Shown: piece after piece, positions 1 through 12,320 of the stretch
Layout: every line of letters begins with the position of its first letter
Numbering within the stretch: the stretch's first letter is position 1
Assembly: GCA_038496445.1 (NCBI GenBank)
Contig: JALMLS010000510.1
Coordinates: 103,560 to 167,559, forward strand
Source of the DNA: Trichosphaerium sp. ATCC 40318
Lineage: Eukaryota; Protista; Tubulinea
Direction: 5' to 3'
DNA length: 64,000 nt
Program-made: the position numbers and the translations under genes
Notes under the pieces: generated by a model
The model's database searches: none
What the model was told of the DNA's origin: nothing
Seen by the model: the letters and a program-made list of their open reading frames with translations, nothing else

Positions 1-2013
1 CAAGAAGGTCTGCATCATCTTTCTTCAAGTCTAAAAAGATAAAATTTAGTAAAAATAGGGTTTTCACTGAAAACAATCTATTAATACTCACCTGATATTG
101 CAGAATTATCAACGTCATAACACGTGTTCAAAGCATATGTTTTTGCCTAATAAAATAAGCTCTAGTAGTCAAAACAAAAGAGAAAAAATTGCAAGTTGTA
201 GTTAAGTACGCACTGTTTCAACTTGTTTTGACAATGCTACAATATGCTCTTCTAATCGCTTGGCCATCATCGTATCACCACCTGGTGACCTTGCTGACAG
301 AGGAGCTTGTCCAACTATTTCTAGAGGCTCTAAAAATGAATTGGTCATTATTACAACAAAAGATCTATGCGAGAGAGATTGCCATTACCTTCACTAACTG
401 AGCCCTTCCTTGATGATTTTTTGTTAAATCTCATAGACTTACGCCATGATTTCTTGGCCTTTTTTAAATCGAGATCAGGCATATTAATATTAGTATTTGA
501 CCTGGTATGTCTAACACCATCTCTAGGAGGTGATGTCATCTTTGGAGGTGTTGAAGACATATCAGAACGATTAAATTCAGATGACAATTTACGCCTCGAA
601 GATCCTCTCTGAGACGACCTTAACGAAGCCTTCTTGTCTGGTGTCGTTCTCTTCTCTGATCTACGCTCTAAAGAGGTGCAACAGGTCAGTAAAATACAGA
701 CTCAAACTCGAACATTGCGTACTCTTTGAGCTCTTGGAGCCTCGAAGTGTTAGCGTCTTGCTCCTGTGTTCTCGCGTTTTTGGTGCATACGATTCGTTCG
801 CTAGTCTTAGCTGAAGTTCATCATTCTTTAACTGGAGAAGAGTTGCAGCCTTGGTCCTCTCACTTAAGCATACTTTGAGTTGCTGTACTTGAGCTCTTAA
901 AGCAGCAACTTCGGAGTCTTCTCCTCGGAATTCGTCGAAACGAATAAACTTTGCTTTTGTATCAACTTGAGCCATATCATTCACGTCTAATGGAAAAGTT
1001 GCCATGTCACCTTTAGGCGCAAGACCTTGTGTAAGATATGGAGATAGTTTATTCAACGCATGAATGTTATGTGAGACCTAGTGATGAAACAAATTAATTC
1101 ACTTTTGTCTCCTTTGAATATATTTTTTTTGAATTTTTTTAGTGATGAAAGATACCTTTGTAATGCATCTACCAGAATAAAGATCCTGTAGAACGAACAT
1201 ATCTGATGAAGCCATACCAAGGCGCCAACAAGCGTCAAGATACTTTTCAATATTTTCCTATTTTGACAAAAGTCAGAGAGAAACCAATAAAAACAATGAC
1301 GTAATGAGAGGAAGGAAAGAGAAAACAGCAAACTTGTCTTTTTTTTCGGTTTTGGAAATCTGCGAGTGATTTCTTGTTTTTTTGTGTACTGAGCTTGCTT
1401 TGTCGTTAACTAGGCGTGAGTGTTACGTACACATTCTTGTAGCATATGCAGATGATCTTCAGTGTTGAATTTTTTTATAAAGTTCGGAAGAAGCTTGTTA
1501 ATCAACCTGTTAAGTATAAATAAGATAATCTACAGTTACAACGCGATCGCAGACAATAATTTTTTTTGCAAATTCGGTTTTTTGGCGCTTTTTGTTTCAA
1601 AACAGTTTGTACGCGTTCACATATACGTACTTGCATAATATAACACCAGTCTTCAACGATGCGAAGATATCATGCTGGTTTGGTACCGGTTCTTCAATAA
1701 CCGCCTCTATCCACTGCAATAAGCGTAACTCCCACGTAATATCGCGTTTTTCATGCTTCTAAGGGATGTTGTGAGTAACAAATGTGACAATTTCTAATAA
1801 CATGTACAGTCGCATAATAACCAGAGCCTTTACCTAACAAGCGTATTAGCGGTACGATAAAGCAGATTTTTCTGAAAACAAAAAGACTTTGAACAAAAAA
1901 AAAGCGCTATCAGCGCAGCAACGACAAGAACACATGATAGCAAACAAGTAAAGACAATACTAACCGAAAGTTTTTTCTTTCGTTTTGCTGGTATCTGCAA
2001 CGCCGTTGAGCAT
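1..2013 (-). CDS. Calponin-homology (CH) domain protein with coiled coil; multi-exon, runs off the left edge
   Basis: Spliced exons give LQWIEAVIEEPVPNQHDIFASLKTGVILCK/LINKLLP...ENIEKYLDACWRLGMASSDMFVLQDLY (CH motif), then the coiled-coil ORF 661-1056. Start codon tentative. Confidence 0.75.
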
Positions 2014-2241
2014 TAGCTTATTGTACAAATTCTCCTTTAAAACAGCGCTAGCAAGCCAATTCCGCCTCCCTCAAAACAAGATTACCCCGAGAATTTGCAA
2101 GAATTTCAAAAAACAAAAAAATCTTGCTATTGGCTTAAAACTATCCTACGGTATGCTTAAAACCACTGTGGTGCACTAGAAACAACTCCGACGCAGTTTC
2201 CTTAAAGAATCGAAGGGTTTTTGTTGAAAATTTTTTTATAT

Positions 2242-5200
2242 CTACAAGTTGTCAACCTCTATTATCTCATCACTGTCTTCTTTCTTATGAGGCACTAATA
2301 AGCAAATAATCTAGGTCAAAAAAACTTAGTTTCATGTAACCGCGTAGATAGGTTCTACAAGTAGAGAAAAAAAAAACCCAAAAGAAAAACGTACAAGGCA
2401 TACGAAACAGATGCAGGCAAGGCTTAGAAGTACAATACCGATAATAAGGTACGTTCTATACTCTTCCCAAAATTGCGTGTTACTGTCATTAATCTGAGCA
2501 ACTGGCGACGCTGATACCGCCGTTGCTATTTTGAATCGACCTACCCCAGTTTTGAGTACTTCATTGCTGTCCAGGGACAAAGGGTAGGTTCCAAGTTGTA
2601 TTAAGTACTCCTAATAAAATCGTTAAGTCGGAGTTGTAATACAATTTTTTTTGGGGCTGTTTTTTAGTGTACCTTTCCCACTTGCGCTTTAAAGGTAACT
2701 CTACTTTTAAAATCGCAGTCATCTGAACTGCATTCAAGTAATGTTTCTTCTTTGAGCGATTGACAGTCATTAGTGGCATAGACAGCCATCTGCATGCGAC
2801 ACATTAGAAAAAAGAAGAAAAAAAAAGGTTTCTTCTTTTTCTTAAAGTAAATGACACGTGCCTTTGTGTCAACATCAGTGAGTTGGCATGTGTCAATTGT
2901 CACAGAATTATTTGTTGTGGATTTCCACTTGAACCATATATCAGCTCCTATACCCGACTCTCCTGCTATAATACAACTAGACAAATTTTGTGCAAGAATT
3001 CCGGTAGTAGCCCTTTACAAAAACAAATTATGATATGTAACCGTATTTGGACGTACTCTGTATTATCCCAAGGAAACAATCCAAAACCAGATATATTTAA
3101 CGCTCTAACGCATTCATCGGCGACTATAAGGGCGTGTCAGAACAGAACGAAGACGACGGAAAAAAAACCACAAAAAGCGCTTGGGTTTTTTTTTCCAAAA
3201 ACTTCATACCTGAGACTGTTATTGGTAACGGTGCTTCTGGTTCTGATTCAACAAGACAATTGGGATATCTATACCTGACCTCTTGTTCAATAAATTGTCT
3301 TATAACCCAGTTAACCCTTGAGCTGTTATTTCCGTAATAGTTCTCTCTTCCCATGTACAAATTTATATCATCAAGACTACCACCGATTTTACTGTTATCA
3401 CAATAGCTCATGATAGATCCTACAATGTGATAAAAGTGAGTGATAATGAGTTAGTTTACTAGATAAAGAAAAAATTACCTCCTGTCCCAGGAATGGTTTC
3501 TTCTCCGCTGTAGCAATTATCTTCCTGAACAAAACTTAACAAAATTTTGTACTGAAAAAAAAAAAAGTTTTTGATGAAATCTACCTCATTGTTACATTGG
3601 TCAATTGGAGGTGTAGGAAGCTTTCCATAGTCAAAACAATCCAAGTCTTCCTCTTTATTGTAGCAATGTGTATGTTGACTATTAAAGTTGTGGCCTATAA
3701 TAAACGAGTAAGTAATGGTTTTTGTCACAAGCAAAAAAAAGCGAAAAACTGTTTCTTTATCAGTTTTTTAACGGTGTTTTTTTTTCTTGCAAACCTTACC
3801 AATTTCGTGGCCAATAATTACAGTTTCCCATTTCAGATCTAATCTCCTTGTACCTGAAATACCTTTTGGATATCAAAATGTGAGTCATACACAACAAAGA
3901 CAACAACGGTCGGCAAGAAAATGATTGAAAACATACCAAATGGACTTTGTGTACAAACATCTCCAAGGTAAGCTTCACCGCCAACACCAACACCTATTAT
4001 GAGATGTACTATCCCAACGTTGTTTTGAGGTATTAAAGCGCTCTTGGAGCCACTGTTGATGAACAAGAAAGATTAGTTATGAAAGTTGTTTTTTGTATTT
4101 AATGGCAATGTGAGTGTACCTCTTATACTCCAAAGCTAATCTACGTAAAGCAGCAGCGCGATAAGAATCATAAGGAGCATTATATTGTGCATCAGAGGGC
4201 CACGGTTGTGACTCTAAGATGGGAAAATTAGTTCATTTTAAGGAGAGGTAATGCTTTAAATAAATATGGGTTATTCTTTGTAAGGCACGTGCCTAGTTCT
4301 GGGTAGAACGAAGATTCTGCTATTATTAGACGCACACCCAAGTCTCTTACATACATTGTATTTATACGGTTAACTACAGTAGCAATATGATCGCTAGCAG
4401 CCCGATCTGCGTGGTCACCACTATCATTAAAAAATTTGTAGAATGTGTGATCTGTCTCAAAAGACACCTATGAAAGGCATTAATATCCTTGGTTTATACT
4501 TTAATATGGAAGGGTACCCTGACTTCGTATACTGGTTGCCAGTCAGAGAAAGATGTTGGACAGTCTCTAAAGTACTTGTTAATGGTTTTTGATGCGTTAG
4601 TGGCCACGTGCTTGCACTACAAATGACGTACATCTCAAATCTGCGTTTGCCCCTCTTTTTACCACGTTTTTTATACGGGTAGCTTTTAGGGTGGTTATGT
4701 GTTCCACATTTAAAAGAATGCATTGGATCCTCATATCCAGGAATACCTTCTTCATGACTATTCAATGCTAACGTGTCTCCTTGTAGATGACCAGTAAACC
4801 AAGATTTCTACAAAAAAAAATCATCAAAAAAACGTCTCCACAGTACTACTATTGTGAAACATTGCTGCTTTCAATGAAAAAACCCTACACCATAGATCAC
4901 GTGTATTAAAGATATTTAAACATAAAATTCCCGCCACCACGTGATCACCATGTGCATCTTAAAGACTTTTTGTTTTTTTTTTTCTTGAAAGAAACTAACC
5001 TTGTCGTGTATCCAAGCTGTCACGTTTCTAGATTCGTGAAGCGTCAAAAAAACTTGAGATTCAATATCTGACGTGATACGGCCTGTAAAAAAATGGGACT
5101 CTAAAGAAAAAAAGGTAGTTAGCACAGAGGGAGCAGTACGTCAATAAAAAGATGATTTTTTTTTTGAACTGAATTTTCTTTTTTCAAAAGCCTCTTATAA

Positions 5201-5666
5201 AGTTGTAACTCCAGAAAAACGCGTAATCTGATATCTTGTCATTATCGGCGATTTTTCAAAGCGAGTTTGAACGATAAACCAAAACTAGCCAAATGTACTT
5301 TAAACCATAAGCTAATAGTATTTTTACCTGGTATGCGCTTATACCCTTGTCCAGCAACGAAGATCCGTGCGTCCTTTGCGTATGGACTGTGTTCCTTGTG
5401 TAAAGTATATCCACGCCTTTCAACTACCCCACTGTGCTCCAGTGTAAGTTTCGCCGGTGTTTTTAATACAAATGTACCGTTTATTGGTGTAAGCGTGTAA
5501 TTCAAACTCCACACCCTCTCCATGCGCGTGTGGGTTTGATATTAACTCCTCAAATGAAATTGATTCTGTAGAGACACTTACTATTACAAAAAGCAACTAC
5601 CTGTAGTTAGAATGATAAAAAAAGGTGTATTAAAGGCCATACGATTAAATACAAAGCACAATTCAT
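2242..5666 (-). CDS. Membrane-anchored reprolysin-like (M12B) metzincin protease with a C-terminal Cys-containing beta domain
   Basis: HEIG|HNFNSQHTH across an intron (~3810/3690), Met-turn GSIMSYC (~3411), hydrophobic N-terminus, TM segment YLIIGIVLLSLACICF (~2400-2450). Confidence 0.8.
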
Positions 5667-6172
5667 AGCTTGTAGTAATTACGGGGATTTTTGGGGCCAA
5701 ACGCTTACACTCCCAACGTAGAGCCCAAATACGCCGCAATACCTGCCGTCTGTTGGTGGTCTTTTATAGATTTTACTTAACTAATTTAAGCTCAACAACC
5801 TCAATACACGTCACTTGTTATCAAATGCAACTTGAAGATAATACGCAGTATCTAGCTGGGCCTATCTACTATTAAAGTACTTTTACAAGTTTCCTTTTTT
5901 GAGAAGTTCTGTCTCAATTTTTTTGTGTTTTTTTTTGGTTCAGCTTCTAGCAAGATGCATCATATTGTTCTGGAATTATTGAGATACTCAAAGAGTATAC
6001 GCTGACAAAAGTAAAGATTTTTGACGTCCGTATTCTATATTTATTCTTAAGACCGCTATTAATGCTCAAGAAAGCGTGCTTGCCTTTCATATTGTTATAT
6101 AAATGCGTCGTGGCATACTTTAAAAGCAAGTCGTCATAGTACATTTCTGTGACAATATTGCATGCAATCATT

Positions 6173-7888
6173 TCACTTTTGTAGAGAAGGTAGCAACCCT
6201 GGCATAGGTAACTCTGGAGACGGTTCCAGATCTGGTAGAGAATCGAAATCTCCTATTTCTTGAGTAGGTTCAAGCTCTGGCATTGAACTTGAATCGTCTT
6301 CAGACTCTGTGACTGTCCTCCCTAATTCTTGAGTACGTTCCAACTCTGGCATTGAACTTGAGTCTTCTTCTGACTCTGTGACTGTCCTAATGTTATCAAG
6401 AGCTTCCTGTTTAGTGATAACAACAAAGCCACCATTTGGTAGACTTTGTACGACATAACCTGGAGGTATTACAGTACCATCATGATACATTTCTTCCTTT
6501 ACTAGAACACCATTTATATCCCAATCCCTATACCATCCGCAAAATTCACCTTCTTGAATCCATCTCTCTGCACTTCGTTGACCATTATCGTACCACTCAA
6601 CATGTACACCTTCTCTTATATCATTTTTTTTCTCTATTATACTTCGAACCTTTCCATTCTCATGCCATGTCTTGTGTTCACCTTGTATCTTGTCTCTACG
6701 ACAATAGTATAACTCTTGTAATTGTCCATTAGGATACCACTCTTTATGCTCACCTTCTTGGCGTCCACGCCTGAAAAACATTTGCATGTGCTGAACTCCA
6801 TTTTCATACCAACGAGTTACAGTTCCTTCAACACGACCTCTTCTGATATGACACTGTTCCTTTAAAGTACCATTTCTATGATACGTACTTACTCTACCAA
6901 CCCTTTCACCATGGCTAACATAATACTCAATCTTGACTTGACCGTTACGATACCACTCTTTGACATCTCCTTTTTCTTCACCTCGTTTAAACTTTTTTTG
7001 TATTTTCATCTGACCATTAGTAAACCACTCTGTTGATAGACCTTGACGTATACCATTCTTGAAATTCTGTTCTGCCTGTATTTGACCAGACTCATACCAA
7101 ATTTGTTGTTTTCCATGTCTGATACCTTGTTTGAAGTTCCCTTCCCTGTGCTGTGTTCCATCCTTGTACCACATCTTCACAGTGCCATGTCGCCTATCCC
7201 TTTTCATAAAACTCTCTGTTTGAAGCTGTCCATTCTCAAACCAACTCTTGTGAGGACCTTCCCTTTTCCCTGCAACAAGTTGTCCACGTTTTTTTATCTT
7301 ACCATTCTCATGCCAAAACGCCCACTCTCCTTCCGGCACACCATTATGTACAGTCTGTATAGCAGCGAGATTCCCATTTGGATGCCATTCCCTCATCGTA
7401 CCGCCCATAACACCGCGTTCTGCAAATTCAATCCTCCGTCTCAACGTTCCGTCTTCGTACCACTCTGTGGACCTTGTATCGCGTGTTTCTACTGCTACAG
7501 CACCGCTTGGGTACCATTTAATCCAAGGACCAACGCGATTAAGATCATAGTCGAAATGAGTCTTCACAGCAGCTTCCTTTGATAACGTGTGCCTATTTAA
7601 TGCGTAAACAACGTAAAAAGAACGATTTTTAAAGTTGTTGTACCATTTCGTAAACGGTTCTATCCCAAAAGTGCAAATATACTGCTGTATCTCGTTTGGC
7701 AAGTCTAATAAGCGCGTTGCGAGTAGTCTAACTACAGTTGATTGTAAGTGTACAAAAAAAAGCCTAGATCGTCTCGTACAGTCTCTAGGCATTGCTTTAG
7801 CCCTAGGGGGTGCAAATGATGGTCTGTTCGCTAGAATAAAGGCCGCATCAACTTCGATAGATTCCTCGTTTAGGTGGAACTTCTTCAT
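6173..7888 (-). CDS. Intronless F-box-like + MORN-variant (MORN_2/YwqK-like) repeat protein, 571 aa
   Basis: Single ORF. LLDLPNEIQQYICTF F-box-like motif, about 13 'G...W Y.NG' 24-aa repeats, acidic repeated tail. Confidence 0.85.
   Translation of the reverse strand: MKKFHLNEESIEVDAAFILANRPSFAPPRAKAMPRDCTRRSRLFFVHLQSTVVRLLATRLLDLPNEIQQYICTFGIEPFTKWYNNFKNRSFYVVYALNRHTLSKEAAVKTHFDYDLNRVGPWIKWYPSGAVAVETRDTRSTEWYEDGTLRRRIEFAERGVMGGTMREWHPNGNLAAIQTVHNGVPEGEWAFWHENGKIKKRGQLVAGKREGPHKSWFENGQLQTESFMKRDRRHGTVKMWYKDGTQHREGNFKQGIRHGKQQIWYESGQIQAEQNFKNGIRQGLSTEWFTNGQMKIQKKFKRGEEKGDVKEWYRNGQVKIEYYVSHGERVGRVSTYHRNGTLKEQCHIRRGRVEGTVTRWYENGVQHMQMFFRRGRQEGEHKEWYPNGQLQELYYCRRDKIQGEHKTWHENGKVRSIIEKKNDIREGVHVEWYDNGQRSAERWIQEGEFCGWYRDWDINGVLVKEEMYHDGTVIPPGYVVQSLPNGGFVVITKQEALDNIRTVTESEEDSSSMPELERTQELGRTVTESEDDSSSMPELEPTQEIGDFDSLPDLEPSPELPMPGLLPSLQK
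6258..6388 (-). repeat. Two-copy 69-nt tandem repeat encoding RTVTESE(E/D)DSSSMPELE
   Basis: Near-identical copies at about 6258-6319 and 6327-6388. Confidence 0.9.
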
Positions 7889-7911
7889 AGTACGTAGCGT
7901 AACGGGAGGTG

Positions 7912-7920
7912 ATTTTTATA
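7912..7920 (-). promoter_or_regulatory. TATA-like box (TATAAAAAT) about 25-30 nt upstream of the MORN gene ATG
   Basis: Sequence match and position only. Confidence 0.3.
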
Positions 7921-8323
7921 GTTCAGTGTTTTCGAGACTTGCCAAAAAAGGCAAGACTTAGCATGGTTAAGTCATTATCATTCCTCGTGATTTATACACG
8001 CTTAGCCGCTTCAGGTATTGTTCAAGATGTTGCACTAAGCTGTTGCCACCAAGGATCCAACGCAGAACGATGAAAAACACGTTGCTTTTATATGTGATCA
8101 AGTGAAGTGTAGCGGCACGCAAAGCGTCGCAAACTGACGTCAACAATACATAAATATGGGACAATACATTGTAGTTGCGTAATTGTCGTAGTCAAGTTGT
8201 GTTAACCAATGGAGTTTGTGGTATAGTACACAAATGGGTCTAGAAATAGCTCGTGTATGAAGTAGGTTGACTACGTAGAAAAATGTGAAATACCAAAAAC
8301 GTGATAATTACGGCATACTCAGC

Positions 8324-9593
8324 ATGAATAGTTTCAAAATTGTATTACTGGGCGGTGCTGGCGTAGGTAAATCGTGTTTATGCCTGCAGTATCTGCAGGG
8401 GAAGTTTGTAGAGGACTACGGTACGTACAACTGAAGAGAAATTAAACAAAAAATCGATGTTCCTTTGTGGCGGTGACATGCTCGCTACTGAATAGTGGCG
8501 TTATCAGCTCCTTCAAAATTAATAATATAGTAATAACCGCTCAAGCTACTTCAAAATTATATTAGACCACGTGTGAGGAATAAATAGCTTGCGGTTTGGA
8601 CGAGAGTTTTGGATTTTTTTTTTTTGTTTTTGTTAAATTCGTTTAAACCATCCCTATTGTAGACCCACGTGCTAATTTTTTATTTTTTTACACTTCAGAC
8701 CCAACATTAGAGGATTCTTATCGTAAACAAGCGAGTGTAGATGATCGCGACTATGTTTTAGATATTTATGATACTGCAGGTATTCACCGAAGGATATTTA
8801 TGGTTTCACCATCCAAAAGGGACTTGTTTTTTATCACAAACAAGCCTGGTCCACTGGACCGTTTTTTTTTTTTTTCTCTTTTTTCTTTTACCGGTAGTGT
8901 ACGTCTTTGTTTTCTCAATTTCCTTCTTCAGGTCATGAAGATTTTTCAGCTGTAAGAGATTGTATTACGAGAGGAGGTGATGGATTTATATGTGTATACT
9001 CTGTAACTGACATGGTACGTCTTGTTTGTAGTATAAGAGTGGTTCTCGTGGAAACAACGTGAACTTGCTTTTGGTGTTACCATTTACAGTTAAAATATTT
9101 CCGCAGGAGACGCTCCAACTCGTTGAAGGATTACATGAACACGTGTTGGCTATTAAGGATAAAGAGTCAGACGAACTACCTTTTGTCATGGCTGGAAATA
9201 AATGCGATTTAGTAAAAGCCCGAGAAGTTGAGACGGAGACAGCTGTAGCTCTAGCTACTAAATTAAATGTTCCACACTTTGAAGGTATCTAAAACAACAA
9301 AGACAAAATATCTTTTTTTTACTACGAAGCGTGTATCTCTAAAAAGCCTTAGTATCGGCAAAAACACGCTTGCACGTGATTGATACTTTCGAGTCAATCA
9401 TTAGAGAGATGGTACGAGACTAAGGAACTAACAACAATCTTTTTTTTTTGTTCCGCAATTATCACGTGTTACACAACTTTATTTTTGTTTTCTGGTTTTT
9501 TAAGATGGCTCGTAGGTTCGTATAAACGCCATGCGAAAGAAGTCTTTCTCAGGACCTAGCAAGCACGATAAACGTCGTTGTGTTGTACAGTAA
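8324..9593 (+). CDS. Ras-family small GTPase (6 exons)
   Basis: [35 protein letters not shown]-terminal CaaX CVVQ. Confidence 0.95.
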
Positions 9594-10009
9594 ATTAAAA
9601 GAGTTACATGTATTTTTCAAACGTTTAGGTTTTTTTTTTAGATCTTCTTTACGCCCACTTACGCTATTGGTTGGCGTATTAAACCTCAGAAAAAAATTTA
9701 CTCTTTGTAACTCAAGTTGCTAAATCAATCGTCAGAGCATGTTTTAGGAGTATTCTTTGTCTGATTTGTGATGTGTGGAGAAACTGGAGGGCTAACAAGC
9801 AACTTAGTGTTGGTACCCCTTTTATCTCCTTAAAGTAGTCTAGCAATGAACTAACATGCGTGATCACGCGTGTAGTGTTGCGTCTGCTTGTTTTCGGAGC
9901 GATAAACGAGATAAAAGTCTGTTTTTGTTTTTGACGATCAAAATCGGCGAAAATTCAGGACGAAGAAAGAGGAATTCGTTTGGCGTAGTGGCAGCTTAAA
10001 GAGAAACTC

Positions 10010-12082
10010 ATGTATACTTCTACGTGCGGTTTGTCGTATTGTTGCGTTTTGTGTGTCATCGTATGCTTGCTTTCTTTCTTTAATGTTGTGTTAACACTCA
10101 TACGGCTAGGTTTTGGCGTATGCTTTAGTATCCGATGCTCAAGGTAGGTTGAATTTTTGATAAAACGTTTGGTGACGTTTTATTCCATTAGGCATACCTG
10201 CAACCGCTGTTTTACATCAAAAGCACATTATTTTAAGACATGGCAGTCGCGAAAATACAAATGATAGCAGCAGCGACCTACACGCTCGCGATGGTAAACT
10301 AACAATACGGGGAAGGCATCAGGTTAGTATTAGCATCAAGCAGTGTTGTTTTTACTCCACAGAACTTTGAACCGTTTATACACGCGTATACAACTCACAC
10401 GAAGCACCAGCACTTTGTATTAGGCGGTTATCTCAGACAACTTTACATTGAAGGCGCAACGACCAAAATAGATGGTATTGATACTGTATTTAATGAGGAT
10501 CAAACAATCGTGAGGTCAACTGACTTTGAAAGGACGCTCATTTCTGCACAGAGGTAAATCTTTATTTTTTTTTTTTTTTTTTTGTTTATTTTTTGGTTTG
10601 TTTTATTAACAAGTTTGCGCTTGTAGTTTGCTCCTTGGATTATACCCACCAGTAAATCAAACAATTCAAACATCAAATGGAGATGTATTTTCTTCACCAT
10701 TTGATATACAGCTTGTACCTATTCATACTGTAAGAAGTGAGGATGATGCGTTGTTACGTGGGTTTGATTCTTGCCTTAAAATAGAACAAAACTTGTATGT
10801 TAGTTTCAAAGAACTAATCAACTTTGACTCATTCATCACCCTCATAGGAATACGTTCATATCCTCCAATACGTATAAATCTAGACAAGCAGAAGAATCTG
10901 TATTCCTCAAGTCTGTTGAAGATGCAACATCTTGGGCAGAGACAATCGAAGTGCAGAACAGTCAACAAGTGTACGAACTTAGGTTTTTTTTGTTTTTTTG
11001 GTGGTAAAAACGTCTTTTTTGACATTCGTTTTGTAGATGGGATTATTTGAATGTCAGGCGTCTTTATAGTTCTCTTCCAAATATTATAAGTGATAATGAC
11101 TTTGCACGATTGACTACAATTGTAAATTGGTGGGAGAACGAGAAATACAGTCACGACATTGTTGGTACAAAAACGCTAAAATTCGAAATCCGAATTCTTG
11201 TTCTTATGTTTGTGTAGGTGATGCTGGTGCAGGTATGCTTGTTAGTCAAATTTCAGACACTATGGATGACAACCTTAACTTAATCAATTCCGAAAAGGTA
11301 ACGCCCAGTATATAATCAACAACCAAAGTTGTTTGGCATGCCACTTCCATTGTCTTATTGTTGATATTTCTTTTTTAGCTGTTTTTGTATTTTGGACATT
11401 TCCCTACATTGAAATCCTTGGTTTCTCTTCTTGATTTGGATAGAGGAAGGGATAGTTCCCTGTTTGGTATACCAGACTATGCATCATTCATCTCAGTGAA
11501 TCTATGGCTTGATGGAAGCAGTGGATATGTCTCTGTTGATTACAGAAACGGAGATGATGCTTTGGTTCAGAATATCAAGGTTGCCAAGTGTGCAACAGCG
11601 CCTTGTACTTTTACAGAGTTCAGAGATACTATTGCATCAGAATTATCAGTTAAAAATTTAGTCGATTGGCATTTGTACTGCCGTGTGTTGTACGATTGAT
11701 ATTTTTCTGATTTTATTCTTAAAAAACACATTTCTTTTTGAAAACTCTTTTATTTCTGTACAAATTGTGCTCACGTGTATTTTTTTTAGCACAATTCAAG
11801 GATTTGCAAAGAGTACACTTGGAGAAGTGGTAAGTATTTATATTTTGATTTTACAGAGGTAGTGTTGTGTTTGGTTTAATGGGATTTGTCTAGATTATCA
11901 TAATGACATTTGTTGTTTTATTTGCGGCAATCATCATTGCTGTAAACGTGCTCTTCTGTAAAAAACCTAAAGTTCAGCCAACCGCAACAGCCAGCAATCA
12001 ACCTGACGATGATGATTCAGTTGCCAACAATGATGATGACAATGATGATATAGAGGCTATTGAACTTGATGAAAAGTCATAA
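10010..12082 (+). CDS. Histidine acid phosphatase (lysosomal type, C-terminal TM)
   Basis: ILRHGSRE (~10230-10253), VRSTDFERTLISAQ, GHFPT at the usual HD position, TM segment and acidic tail. Confidence 0.85.
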
Positions 12083-12320
12083 ATTAACTTGGTTTTTTTA
12101 CAACCGATTTTTTTTTCGAGGCGCGACTCTCCTCTTGATGTAAATGTACATAAAGTTGCTTGTTCAGTTGTAAAATACAAATTAAAATTGTGCACGTGCT
12201 TGGTCCAGTGAACTATTTGGATGTCTCGGCTAAATGACATTTGTCCGCACAAGAAACTGTATTTACCCGTTTAAGTCAACTTTTTTCATTGTCTGTCACA
12301 CTATAAAAGTGATCACAACA

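Noticed and set aside
6436-7961. Plus-strand ORFs of 98-179 aa opposite the MORN gene, and similar antisense ORFs elsewhere
   Set aside because: No motifs; by-products of the coding strand.
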